64,000 nucleotides of DNA from a virus, in the IMG/VR virus record IMGVR_UViG_3300042453_001086, positions 32,001-96,000 of that record; one strand, given 5' to 3'. The position numbers and the translations under genes are program-made. Below are positions 37,177 through 48,600 of the stretch, one piece after another (position 1 is the first letter of the stretch; every line of letters starts with the position of its first letter). The notes under the pieces are model-generated. The model worked only from the letters and a program-made list of their open reading frames with translations, did no database searches and was not told the DNA's origin.

Positions 37177-40100
37177 TCAACTCCAAGTACCAGCAATAAT
37201 CGATGGGTTAGATGGACCCATAGCTTGAATCTCAAAGTATGAGTTGGTACGAGTATTTACAGTTGCGTTAGCAGTATCACTCTTGTTAAACTGAGGAGTT
37301 AATGTTCCACCAGTTGTTGAGTTTGATACGAAGTAACCTTCAAATCTTATCGCACAATCAGTTGTGACAGTTACTGCTTGAGTAACAGCAGTTGATCCAG
37401 TTGCAGTTGTATTTTGGAATAACAATGCAGTTGCGGAAGGTCCATTTGCTCCTATTGAGTTATATCTAAAGTTCGTTGGAGCGTTTGAGAATGTAAAGAG
37501 TAGGTTCCAAGTACCACTTGTAGTAGTTGACTTGGAAAGATAATAACATCCACTAAATTTATATAATGTGTTTGCTCTTAGTGGAGCGGCATCTTGAGTT
37601 GTTCCTGAGAATACGTTTCTGACTGTGTTTGTGGTTCCAGTCTGAGCGAAGTCAGCAGCAGCTCTTAAGATTTGTGGCGCGAGGATAATACCTCTTCCAC
37701 CTTCAGTAGTTGCAGAAGCATAGAAAGCAATCTGGTTATACTCAAAACCACCTTGAAGCGGAGATGTTAATAGTGCCGCTGATGATGGTGTGAATCTAAG
37801 AGGGGCTAATGTGGTAGTACCAGCAGGAACAATCAAACTATTTCTTACTGTAGTCGTTCCTGTTGTAGCACCGATAGTTAAAGCAGTTGATGCGTTGCCG
37901 ATATCCAACTGAGAAATGGTTGGAAATACTAAACCAATACCAGTCGAACCACTGACATTAGTATCGATCATGATTTCTTCAGTTACTAGAGCACCTGTTC
38001 CATCGGCAGCTGCTGGTTTCGAAGCAATATATTTTCCAGGGGCAAGTAAAAGGTTTTCACTAATATTAAATCTACCAGTAGTTGAAGAACCATCATATGA
38101 TATAGTTTTATCTGTGGTTCCTTTGATAGTCAAACCAGCACCCTGAATAGCAGAATCACCAGTGACATTTCCTCCTGCAAGAATGACGTTTACATCTTCT
38201 ACGATTAGTTCAGTGGTATTGATACTGGTTGTCGTTCCACTAACTTGTAAACTTCCTCCAACAATCATATCACCAGTAACATTGCTGTTTCCATTAACAG
38301 TCAAGTTTTTGTTTACGGCTTCTGATCCAACTGTAATATCTTCATTTGAACTAATGAAGTTAGTATCAACATATGTCTTAACTGCTTTTTGTGTTGGGAC
38401 AAATGAATCGCTACTTTCCGAACCTCCTAATGTAGCATCGGAATCAAACTTAGTGATCTGAACACCAACTTTAGTTCCATCTGCTAGTGCAAACTGTAGA
38501 TTGGATAGACCTGTCAAGTCAAATGCTGATGCATCAATGGTTGACTTACCAGTTGCTTGGTCAATCTTAAAGAACTGACCTACCTTAAAGTTACCATCTT
38601 GGTTAGTAGTTACATAATAAATTCTAGCAGGAGCGATGAAGTTAGTTTCCTTAGTTTCATCTGGTCTTATTATAGGTTCATCTGGGAAGTTGGTTGTAGC
38701 GATACCGCCAGTACCAATCTCAAGCATGTCGTGACCAGTTAGACGAATCTGACTGTAACGATAACGAATCTGGAGACGATTTCCGCTTCCTTCTGCAACA
38801 GATTTAACTGGGAAGAATGTTAGGATTGCAGTTCCAGGATTTGTTGAGGTCTTGAGATCTACTCTAAAGAACTCATTGTCAACCTTAATAAAATCATTTT
38901 CATTGATTGTTTTTGTTGCTATTCCTTCTTGATCTGTGAATGCGAAAACAGGAAGACCGCCATTACCAGTTAAAGAACTGTATGAAAGAACGTTTGAAAG
39001 ATTTGTTGTGTCTTGTCTCAGTGTGGTTACTGGAGTGTACTTAACTACAAATTTTACTACAGCGTTTGCTGGGAAGTTAGGTGAATCTTGGTCAGCATGT
39101 TCTTGGGCAATAGTTCCTTCCTGAGCTCTAGTAACAGTTACATAACTATTGAAAGCATCACTAACAACTGCTGTTGGTAGCATTAACTCATTACCTACTA
39201 GTAGATAAAGAGTTGTTGATGCAGTATTGTATGTAGCAAGAGCTGCTGTTACTCTTTCTGGATTTAAAATATTAATGTTAGTCGCTGAAGTTGAAGTTAA
39301 TAACTGACCAGGATTATCAATAAGAACTTGGTTATTTGTTCCAGTCAATAAACTATAAAGAGTAACGTCAGTTCCACCTACATGTGTTTCAGCTGGTCTA
39401 TTAACACCAGTTGGAAATGTTCCAGTTTTGGCAATAGGAATAGTTACTACAGTATTTTCTAAACTTGCTGTTCTTGTTACATCAAGAACTTTAAATGTAG
39501 CTGATGGACCATCACTGTAGTTTTCAATTTCTTGAATAACGTAGTTAATACCATCAATACTATCAGAAAATGTTACTGCACTAGTAATCTTTGGTTTTTC
39601 TGGTAGATTAATAACAGCAAACTTAGCACCTCTTGTTGCTCTGTTTGCAGCACTTTCACTTGGGGTTGCAGTTGGGAACTCGCTGTTTTCAATAACAGTA
39701 GATGCTTCTGGAATATTTACTGGTGGTGGATTGTTTGGATCTGCTCCTGTAATCTGAGCGCATCTTTGACCGTCACCGATAAATCCTGTGATTGGTTCGA
39801 TAAGAACTTTAGTATAATCATTACCAGCAAGAACATAAAGAACTCTTGCCTTACCCAATGCAGGTCTAACAGTACCACCAGCACCTAAAGTAGCGGTAGT
39901 TGTAGATGCAAACTGCACACCAGTAATAATACCATCTGTACCAACAATACCAGTAACCGTAAATGTGCCATTGAAAGCACTATTGGATACACCACTGATT
40001 GTAATTTGCTTACCAACTGCATAAGGATTAAATGGTTTAGTGGCAAATGAAACAGTGGCAGTTGTTCCATTTCCTACAACACCAGTAATACTAGTATTAT

Positions 40101-42492
40101 TTGCCGATCCTTCGTTAGAAATAATAGAACCTACTTGGAAATCTCCATTAATCTTTCCAGATTGAGCAATAGTTCCTAGTACTAAGTTACCATTAACAGT
40201 CGCTGTCGCAACTGCTGTTGTGGCATCATTATAGAAGTTTAATTCTGTGCCACGAATAGTTGCTTCAAGTGGAATCTCGGTTGGGTCAAATCCTCTTGCA
40301 GAACAACCATAGTTACCCCAAGAGTTGTTTCCGCCGAGGGAGCGCATACGAGCACCACCAGAGCAAGCATAACCAATATGAGCGTAGTAAGTAAAGCAAG
40401 AAACAATTTCTGAGTTTCCATTGTCCTTACACCAAATCGCAACACCCATTTCTGGGAACTGTGTTACGTTACCAAATAGTAAGCTTTGGTGACCAGAAGC
40501 AAAGTGAGATGGGTGATCTTTTCCTTCATTGACAGAACCATCTACAATAGCACCAACACCTTTAAATGAGTATGCCGCACAACTGTAAATATAAGGACTC
40601 TTAATAATATTCTGTGATACTAGGAATGGATTGATTCTCCAGAAAACGAACCCAACCTGACATTGTGTGATATCAGCAAGTTTGTTTCTTATTTCTTCCT
40701 CGATTGTCAATCCAGTTGTATCTGGCATAACAAAACCAGCATCGGGGTCTGGGTTGTTGAATACAAGATCCTTGAGCATCACACCTTCCGAAAGGAAGAA
40801 TAGAGTTGCTTTGGTGTTATCTAGATTTTCAACAGAAATGATATTTACTTCTGGTGCTGTTCCTAAATTAGTACCGTTTAAGAAAGTATCTGTATCGATA
40901 ATAGGACCGCCAGCAATGGTTTCAACATAAACCATTTTTTTGCGATTTGATTCTCCACTGCCCACGAGGGTAGCGTCAGTATCAGCGAAGTGAAGAACTC
41001 TTGCCGTTCTGGTTGCCCCTGCGACTGTATCAACAGTCAGTGTATCTCCTGGCTTTAATAAACATGTTGAATCAATGATTAATCTTTGAATCTTACTTAA
41101 ACCTGGACCTGGCTCGATAATAGTTCCTCTACTGTCGTCACCAACAACAGAACAATATGGCGGAACCGTAATAGGACACTCTTCGTCGTATACACCAGCT
41201 TTTACATAAATCGTTGCTGGGTTCTGTTCGTCGCAACCTTCTTGTGCAGCAATCTGAGTGGCGTACTTAACTGTTCTAAAAGCTCTTCCGATAGAACCGC
41301 CATATCCATCAGAAAAATCATCAACACCATCTAGGTTTACGAAGTAAACTTTTCTGGTTTTTGCATTACCCCATCCAGGAATACCATTTTCTGTAGCATA
41401 AAGAACCTGACCAGGATCTCCAATGGGCAATCTTGCGTTAGTGGCATTTGCTCTGTATAGAAGATCGCCTTTTGTTGTGATTGTACTTTCTTCATCACCT
41501 CTCGCAACTACAGACCAGAATCCATCTGCATCATTAGTTCCAGGATCTCTTCCTAAGTTATTGTAAGCAATGCTTACATAAGTACTAGAAGCTAGGGTGA
41601 TTACATCGTTCTTTTGATATGTTGTTTGGTCATCCCAATCACCTTTGTAAGATAAACCTTCGGAGATTAAACTCCATTTTAACGCACCATCTCCTGATTC
41701 ATTTGGAGCAATCCCAGCTACACTCGTAAGCATTTTAACGAATGTGTTTCCGCCAAAACGAACTACATCTCCAGGAACGTAAATGGTTGCTGGATTATAA
41801 ACACCTTTTGAATCAAAACCAATACTGATTACTTCCCAATCAGTACTAACATAGTTGTTTGGTTGCTTGTTAGTATTAATAGTTTTTGCGGTATATGAAT
41901 AACCACCAAAAAGAACGATGTCCCCAGGTTGATATTCCGTACTCGAATCCCAACTATCTTCAAACTTTACTGATTCTAAGTAAAGAGTAAACTTAGTAAT
42001 ATCAAATGCTGTCGTTGAAGTATGACCTAGATTGCATAGGTAAATGTTGTTTCCATATTTAACAAGATCATTGACTTTATACCAAGTGTTTTGCTGCCAA
42101 GTTCCTTTGTTTTCTGTGCCGTTATAAAAAAGATCCCAGTTACCAGCAAAGTTTGTTAGGTAAAAAAGATTTTGGTCGGATGGTGAAGTGTGGTTGTCTT
42201 TACAAATGTAAATATTACCACCATAACGCACAAGATCATTTTTAGCATAGAAAGTATTTGGTTGCCAAGAACCAGCATTTCTAATACCAGGAACATATAG
42301 TTCCCATCTTGGTGTACTTGCGTTGAGATCAACATCTTCCCATTGCTCTACTGAACCAGTAGAAGTGTGGTTAACCACACAAACGTAAGTATTACCTCTG
42401 AATGAGATAATGTCGTCCAGAACATAGGCGCGGTTTGGTTGCCATTCGCCAGTCCAGTTGAACTTTAGTCTACCTAATCTAAATTCAGCCAT
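37177..42492 (-). CDS. Large virion structural / fibre protein with N-terminal W-x5-Y-x3-D-x-V repeats (carbohydrate-binding-module-like)
   Basis: 1771 aa; about six repeats such as WQPNTFYAKNDLVRYGGNIYIC; fibre-shaft motif VSGTTTSINTT; C-terminal tip domain. Confidence 0.75.
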   Translation of the reverse strand: MAEFRLGRLKFNWTGEWQPNRAYVLDDIISFRGNTYVCVVNHTSTGSVEQWEDVDLNASTPRWELYVPGIRNAGSWQPNTFYAKNDLVRYGGNIYICKDNHTSPSDQNLFYLTNFAGNWDLFYNGTENKGTWQQNTWYKVNDLVKYGNNIYLCNLGHTSTTAFDITKFTLYLESVKFEDSWDSSTEYQPGDIVLFGGYSYTAKTINTNKQPNNYVSTDWEVISIGFDSKGVYNPATIYVPGDVVRFGGNTFVKMLTSVAGIAPNESGDGALKWSLISEGLSYKGDWDDQTTYQKNDVITLASSTYVSIAYNNLGRDPGTNDADGFWSVVARGDEESTITTKGDLLYRANATNARLPIGDPGQVLYATENGIPGWGNAKTRKVYFVNLDGVDDFSDGYGGSIGRAFRTVKYATQIAAQEGCDEQNPATIYVKAGVYDEECPITVPPYCSVVGDDSRGTIIEPGPGLSKIQRLIIDSTCLLKPGDTLTVDTVAGATRTARVLHFADTDATLVGSGESNRKKMVYVETIAGGPIIDTDTFLNGTNLGTAPEVNIISVENLDNTKATLFFLSEGVMLKDLVFNNPDPDAGFVMPDTTGLTIEEEIRNKLADITQCQVGFVFWRINPFLVSQNIIKSPYIYSCAAYSFKGVGAIVDGSVNEGKDHPSHFASGHQSLLFGNVTQFPEMGVAIWCKDNGNSEIVSCFTYYAHIGYACSGGARMRSLGGNNSWGNYGCSARGFDPTEIPLEATIRGTELNFYNDATTAVATATVNGNLVLGTIAQSGKINGDFQVGSIISNEGSANNTSITGVVGNGTTATVSFATKPFNPYAVGKQITISGVSNSAFNGTFTVTGIVGTDGIITGVQFASTTTATLGAGGTVRPALGKARVLYVLAGNDYTKVLIEPITGFIGDGQRCAQITGADPNNPPPVNIPEASTVIENSEFPTATPSESAANRATRGAKFAVINLPEKPKITSAVTFSDSIDGINYVIQEIENYSDGPSATFKVLDVTRTASLENTVVTIPIAKTGTFPTGVNRPAETHVGGTDVTLYSLLTGTNNQVLIDNPGQLLTSTSATNINILNPERVTAALATYNTASTTLYLLVGNELMLPTAVVSDAFNSYVTVTRAQEGTIAQEHADQDSPNFPANAVVKFVVKYTPVTTLRQDTTNLSNVLSYSSLTGNGGLPVFAFTDQEGIATKTINENDFIKVDNEFFRVDLKTSTNPGTAILTFFPVKSVAEGSGNRLQIRYRYSQIRLTGHDMLEIGTGGIATTNFPDEPIIRPDETKETNFIAPARIYYVTTNQDGNFKVGQFFKIDQATGKSTIDASAFDLTGLSNLQFALADGTKVGVQITKFDSDATLGGSESSDSFVPTQKAVKTYVDTNFISSNEDITVGSEAVNKNLTVNGNSNVTGDMIVGGSLQVSGTTTSINTTELIVEDVNVILAGGNVTGDSAIQGAGLTIKGTTDKTISYDGSSTTGRFNISENLLLAPGKYIASKPAAADGTGALVTEEIMIDTNVSGSTGIGLVFPTISQLDIGNASTALTIGATTGTTTVRNSLIVPAGTTTLAPLRFTPSSAALLTSPLQGGFEYNQIAFYASATTEGGRGIILAPQILRAAADFAQTGTTNTVRNVFSGTTQDAAPLRANTLYKFSGCYYLSKSTTTSGTWNLLFTFSNAPTNFRYNSIGANGPSATALLFQNTTATGSTAVTQAVTVTTDCAIRFEGYFVSNSTTGGTLTPQFNKSDTANATVNTRTNSYFEIQAMGPSNPSIIAGTWS

Positions 42493-42509
42493 TTTTATAC
42501 TTCCTGAGA

Positions 42510-43169
42510 TTAACGTGGTGATTGTGAATAATCATGGTTTCCGAACTTGGCAACCAAATAACCTTGATCATCGATATAGTAAGAGATTTTTCTCGCATCA
42601 AATCTATACTGTTGATATTTATCAGATGGGGAGTTTGAATATGTTTTTACCAACTCATCAACATATAAATGTAAATCTGATTGAGATGATTCTTCTTTTA
42701 TAAAAGTGGAAGAAACAATAATCTCATCGCCCACGGCAAAATCTTTGCCACCGTCAGTTACATTAATTTCGCTAATAACTCCATCAGAATCTCTTGTTAT
42801 AGAAACTGATAAATTTTTTCCTTTTTTATTGGATACTAATCCATTAACTACATATGTTTCATTAGCTTCTGACGTTAACTTAGTTCCTCCTGCAATAAGT
42901 TTCAGTCTAAGAACAGGTGCTTTTGCGTCAACATTATCTATTCCATCGAGTAAATCAGACAACTGAGTGTTTTCTTCGTTGAAAACATCAATGGTTCCTT
43001 CATCGGTAGGTCTTAGTGTGTTGTAATACAACATACCCTCGGAATCTCTTCTAAGTGCATGAAAATACCAACTAGTAGTAGTTCTTATTACACTACTAAT
43101 ATCTCCACTTCCGCCACCGCCGCCGCCACTACCAGAACCAGATAAATCACTACTTAAATATAGTGCCAT
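42510..43169 (-). CDS. Hypothetical protein (likely virion-associated)
   Basis: 219 aa; N-terminal Gly/Ser linker; within the late operon. Confidence 0.65.
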   Translation of the reverse strand: MALYLSSDLSGSGSGGGGGGSGDISSVIRTTTSWYFHALRRDSEGMLYYNTLRPTDEGTIDVFNEENTQLSDLLDGIDNVDAKAPVLRLKLIAGGTKLTSEANETYVVNGLVSNKKGKNLSVSITRDSDGVISEINVTDGGKDFAVGDEIIVSSTFIKEESSQSDLHLYVDELVKTYSNSPSDKYQQYRFDARKISYYIDDQGYLVAKFGNHDYSQSPR

Positions 43170-43180
43170 TTATTTTTCTC

Positions 43181-43870
43181 CTATCTTGGGAATACTCTCC
43201 AATATTGACCATCCCAAACTATTCTAACGATAGCATTAGAAACATCAAAAACATATTCAGTGTCTTCAATATTTGCTGAGTTTATAAAAGATGCATTAAC
43301 ATCTCCAGGAATCAATCTGACAAAATTTATACCCCAGGTTCCTTTGGAATCTATAAACTCTATACCTTCACCATCTTCTACAACTAACAATCCAGTGGAA
43401 GAATCAATCTCCGTTGTGCTTGGTAGTGTTATTTCTACGACATTATCTGATGTATCTACCAAATATAATCCTTGTGATTCTGCATTAAAATCAGAATCAT
43501 ATGGAACATATCTAGGAAGACCATTAAATGTGTCTGCCCACGTCATCCCATCACCAGTGGCTTTGAGGATTTGACCTGATGTACCACCAGAACCATTTAC
43601 GATCATTGTGCCGATGGCATAAAAATCGTCTAAAGTTTTATTTTTTAGGGTATCTGTGGTATTTCTTGCTACTAAAGTATCAGTAGAGTTTGGTATCGTA
43701 ATGGTTGCAGAACCAGCAGTAGCGACAAGTTGATTGCCACTTAACTTTAACGTATTAGAATCTGCGCTATCAAATGTGAGATTTCTTAGCTTTCGGTCAA
43801 TACTGATAACTTCAGTATTAACAATGGATAAACCATTTTTAACAGAAAAGTTTTTGTTTTCTAGTGCCAT
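43181..43870 (-). CDS. Putative tail-fibre-associated protein
   Basis: N-terminal NKNFSVKNGL motif, fibre-like GTSGQILKATGDGMTW, and YLVDTS...TLP...IEFID..GTW module. Confidence 0.65.
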   Translation of the reverse strand: MALENKNFSVKNGLSIVNTEVISIDRKLRNLTFDSADSNTLKLSGNQLVATAGSATITIPNSTDTLVARNTTDTLKNKTLDDFYAIGTMIVNGSGGTSGQILKATGDGMTWADTFNGLPRYVPYDSDFNAESQGLYLVDTSDNVVEITLPSTTEIDSSTGLLVVEDGEGIEFIDSKGTWGINFVRLIPGDVNASFINSANIEDTEYVFDVSNAIVRIVWDGQYWRVFPR

Positions 43871-43907
43871 GAAGGTTCACTTTCCCCCCCACATAAGGTT
43901 TCATAGA

Positions 43908-43942
43908 TATTTATAAAAAAAATCCCCCCGTGAGGAGGGATT
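43908..43942 (-). terminator. Intrinsic terminator followed by a TATAAATA late promoter
   Basis: aatccctcc-tcac-ggggggatt + T tract; TATAAATA at 43915..43908. Confidence 0.78.
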
Positions 43943-43962
43943 GGAAAATATGTGAAAAAATA

Positions 43963-45585
43963 TCACGCAACAAAAGTTCCAATACTTCCAGCAGGTAATC
44001 TTCTTACAGTGTAGAAACTGCCTCTCTGCAGTGTAATACCGTTAGCAGAAGAAGTGACACGCAGACGAATGTTTCCAGCAGTGGTTGCATTTGCATGGAA
44101 GTAAGCTCTCACAACATGGTAGTGGTTACCAATGTTCATTGAGGGGGATGCTGGAAGTGCTAGAGAAGCAGCAGCACCAGTGCTAATGTGCTGACCAACC
44201 GTACCAGCGTTTTGTAAACCAATAGAGCTTAATGCAGCATATTGCCAGTTTTGTGTACTGACTAATGTGTATGTATGTGTGCCAGCAGTAGTGGTGCGAA
44301 TCCAATACATGTGATATTCAATCTCATAGTATGCACCAGCAAGGAAAGGAAAACTACTATTTGCAGGAAACGCATCAATAATAGCAGTACCAGTAATAGT
44401 AGTGTTATTTGCTGTTACTTGATGACGTGTGAGAACTTCTGCGTACTTTCTACCGTTGGTAGTATCACCGTTTGTTAAATACCACAAGTCCCCATCATAT
44501 TCAACGCAACCTGCTGCTGGAGATGACAATAGAGATCCATTCGTAAAATGAATAGGAGCTTTTGATGTAGTACCTGCTGCTGGTTTGAAAGAAGTATCTG
44601 CATCAATAACAATATCTCCAGTACCAGCTGCGCCAAGTCTTAGGTTAACATTGGTTTCTCCAACAGATTCAATCAGAGGTCCAGTAAGACCAGTAGCAGC
44701 ATTAGTAATCTTAACTTCATTGACAGCACTTGCAGTGACACCAAACTTTAAAAGTTCTGCACCATTACTATCTGCAATAAATCCATCGTTTACAAAACGA
44801 GGAGCAGTTAATGTTTTGCCAGATAGTATTTGTGATCCATCAATAGAAACAATATCACCAGCGTTTGTTCCACCGATTGTTTTACCTAAAACAGCAGATG
44901 AAGAAAGAACTACAGAACCATTGATTTCGTATGCTTTACCGCTAGCAAGGTTGAAATCTTCTGTGGAATCAAATCTCGCACCAGTATTATTATACTGAAT
45001 ACCAATACCAGTAGTACCTAGTGTGAATCCACCAGTATCTACACCAGCAGCAGTTGTTTGCCCATCACCTAAAACAATCAAAGGATCATTGATTGTCATT
45101 GTGGTAGAATCAATGGTAGTAGTAGTTCCAAGAACTTCTAAGTTACCTTTAATCTGAACAGTGCCAGTATCATTACCAACTACAGCTGGATCAATAACAA
45201 GAGTTGATGGACCTTGAATCTGAGCGCCAGTTCCAAGAATAATACTCTGGTTAATAGTACCATTGATAGTAACAGTGTCTGCAGAATCGCTTCCGAGGAT
45301 AACGTTACCATTTGCATCTAAGGATGTGAAAGCACCACTGTTTCTAGTGGTAGCTCCAATGGAAGCATTATTGATTGTACCTCCATTGATTGCTGGAGAT
45401 GTGAGTGTTTTATTGGTTAGAGTTTGGGTGGCAGTTCTGCCTACCATCTGCTGTCCTCCAGCAGTCACACCATCATGGACAACGACTACATCTAGGTCAG
45501 TATCTACAGTTACTTCAGCAAGAGCACCCGTAAAGGAGCTATGCTGAGTTGTAGTGCCCCTTCTAAACTGAACTTCTTTTGTCAT
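43963..45585 (-). CDS. Tail fibre protein with Mtd-like N-terminal domain
   Basis: VQFRRGTT..H..FTGALAEVTVDTD..VVVVHDGVTAGG; TQTLTNKTLT repeats; C-terminal tip domain. Confidence 0.75.
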   Translation of the reverse strand: MTKEVQFRRGTTTQHSSFTGALAEVTVDTDLDVVVVHDGVTAGGQQMVGRTATQTLTNKTLTSPAINGGTINNASIGATTRNSGAFTSLDANGNVILGSDSADTVTINGTINQSIILGTGAQIQGPSTLVIDPAVVGNDTGTVQIKGNLEVLGTTTTIDSTTMTINDPLIVLGDGQTTAAGVDTGGFTLGTTGIGIQYNNTGARFDSTEDFNLASGKAYEINGSVVLSSSAVLGKTIGGTNAGDIVSIDGSQILSGKTLTAPRFVNDGFIADSNGAELLKFGVTASAVNEVKITNAATGLTGPLIESVGETNVNLRLGAAGTGDIVIDADTSFKPAAGTTSKAPIHFTNGSLLSSPAAGCVEYDGDLWYLTNGDTTNGRKYAEVLTRHQVTANNTTITGTAIIDAFPANSSFPFLAGAYYEIEYHMYWIRTTTAGTHTYTLVSTQNWQYAALSSIGLQNAGTVGQHISTGAAASLALPASPSMNIGNHYHVVRAYFHANATTAGNIRLRVTSSANGITLQRGSFYTVRRLPAGSIGTFVA

Positions 45586-45617
45586 TTTTCTATGTTACCT
45601 TTATTAGATATTTATGA

Positions 45618-48600
45618 TTATGCCTGTGATTCAGACCAAGTGATCCTTGAGGACAGAGATAGAGGAGAGTTAACCGTAATACCCGAAGTATTCAAAGGAG
45701 CAACAGCAACTGTTAGTACGTCTGGTCCATCAGGGAATACACCATCACCACCTAGAATAGAGTTGCCGAGTGATAGTAGGTTATCAATAGCTTGGTTAAA
45801 CACGTTAGATAGTTTCTTACCACTTGACTCAGTAGATCCACCAGAAGCACGGAAGGTGAACACGGTTGTTCCACCAGTTACAGTATCGTCGTTGACGTGA
45901 GAAATATACTGACATAGTGAAGGTCTTCCGATGTTCTGCCAGTTATACTGACTCAATGCTCCGTTTAGAATCAAACGAATCTCAATATCATGTGTGGTAA
46001 GCATACCAACCGTTTGTAAAGCAAGTTGCATTCGGTTGATGATATCCCTAACGCCAACGTCACCAATCAAACCACTATCAACAGAAGGAGCAAGACGAAT
46101 GGAAAGCATTGGAATCAGTGAAGGGATTGGAGTATCCGTACCAACTGTATGTGTTAATGCTGCTGATGTGGTGGCAGCAATAAAACCAGATGTTCCAGGT
46201 GGATTTGTAGTTTGTGAGGCAGCTGCAGCGGTGAAGAAGAAGTCAATATCAGCACTACCACCACCAGTGTTGAGAACACGATAGATTCTTGCCTGACCAC
46301 CAGCAACGGCAGTTACTGCATTGATAGCAGTTGAGGCAATCTGCGTACCGAATGAAACTGAACCAATCGCAGCAAAACCAGAAGCGTCTGTTCTGAATCT
46401 ATGAATGATTCTGTTACCATAACCAGGAACAGATGTTAGAGTTACGTTATAACGGAAGTTAAAACGGAAGAACTGTAAAGCATTACCTTGAGTTGTAAAG
46501 TCAATAGCAGTGCCATTAAGAGTATTAGAAAGTTGGAAATCGTTCGTTGCTGAACCAACAACATAATAGTAGTTTCCATTTACCAATGGTGCAATAACAG
46601 CACCACCACCAGAGTCATATCTCAACAGAGTTCCATTAGAGAAACCATGTGCAGTAATAGTGATTCTATTTGTTGTGACGTTAACGTTTGCGGTTGGAAT
46701 GACAGAAGTAGATGAAGAAGTAGTTGGAGCAGTTGTGGTAGAACCATCAGTGTTTACATAAGTATAGTTTCCAGCAGTACCAGTTGTAGTTGTTGAACTA
46801 CCAGAGAATGAAAGTAGAGATGAAGAACCAGTGAATAGGTATGAACCGTCATCATCATACTTACCATCCATCTGAATGGTAGTACCCCAGTGTGCTAGTG
46901 AAGGAGCAAAAGCTGGTACACCAGTGTTGAGAATCTCATAACGAGCAGGTAAGTTACCAGAACGTAGGTATGCTTCGTACTCTTTGTTGTTATGCTTGAA
47001 CTCGTGCATGTACTTAACATGACCGTTCTGATCCTTGAATCCAAAACGAATCTTACCTGCACCGTACCACGAGTAGTCAATGTAGGCCATCTGAATCTTG
47101 CCAATATTTAAGACATATCCAGTTGGACCAGTACCGTCGCACTTGTCAATGCTGAACTCATGCTGTGGAACTTTAATGTCAATAGTTTTGGTGATAACTG
47201 CACGAGTTGTTGTAACTCCTTTATAAGAAGGAGAAACATACATTGTGCTGTTTGAAGCAATATTAACGATCTTATAAGATTGCCCTCTGATTGCTACATA
47301 ATCACCAGCGGATAACTGCTCAAGGAAACGAGTACCTTGACCAGAAATAACAGGACTATTGTTTGTTGCGTTAATAGTACCAGCAACTTGCTGAGTGCTA
47401 TTTCTTCTAACTGCATATAGGGTTGTGCCATCATATTCCCAGAACATACCGTTCTGCATATCAAACATACCACAACGAATAGCAGAACCATTCCAGTTTC
47501 TGATTTGTAGTTTAGGGAATCCATTTGCCGAAGTGTCAGATGGTTCTCCATCCATAACGTAAGTAAATGTTGTTTGTGAAGGAACGCTTTGAACTGGGAA
47601 AGTCCCGTTGTAATAGTTTACACCCGAGCTAACTTCTGCTTCTGCAACTGTGAATGTTTTGTTTGCAACTAGACCATGTGGAAGAAGTGTGGTTACAGTA
47701 GCAACGTTGCCACTTGCTGTGATTGACTGAATCTCAATAGATGGATTGAAGTTAATAGCGAACTGACACGCTAGACCTTTACCTGACTGGTAACGGAAGT
47801 ATCTACGAGTCTGACGAATGATTTGTGAGTCAGCACCGTATCCAGCATTAATCTCAACACCACCGTCAAATGGTCTGTGAAGACTGAATGCACCAGGACG
47901 TACATAAAGACCAGAAGGAATCAGATATGTTAGACCAGAAGTAGTTGAAGCTGCAGCATCTGCAATCGTTAGTGAGGTGTTGGACTTGATAGCAATAATC
48001 TCAGAAGCAAGTACAGAACCTGTTCCTAGATTGATGATAATCGTATCACCAACACGGAATGTTGAAAGGAAAGTAGTATTCGTTCCAGTGACAGTTGTTA
48101 AACCACTACTGATGGCAACAGTACCTGTTCCAGCAACTTCGCCTACAACACTAGATGACGTAAAGATGTGCGAAGTTCCTGTTCCAATACTGGTAATGTC
48201 TCTTGCCGATCCCCCTAAAGCATTTTCGTAACTATCTGCCAACTTGAATGTATCTTTATCAAGTCTGATAATAAAGTATGTAGCATTGTTAGTTAAGTTT
48301 CCTAAAGAAGTATTGCCATTATTACTATACTCAACAGAAGTACCAGATGCAAAACGGTGGTTTGTGATAGTGAATACATCTGTAGTAGTATTCAACTGAG
48401 TTGTTGGGTTTAGAGATCTTTGAATCTTTGGAATCTGAGCAGAAACGTCAAATGTATATTGAGTAGGTGAAGCTACGTTGGTTACAGTGTAAGCACCATC
48501 AAACGATCCAGCAGTTTGAATGTTTAATGACTGTGTTCCAGTACCAGCAGAGGTTAGATTGATTCTAGTTCCATTGCTGGAAGCAGCGACAGTGAATCTA

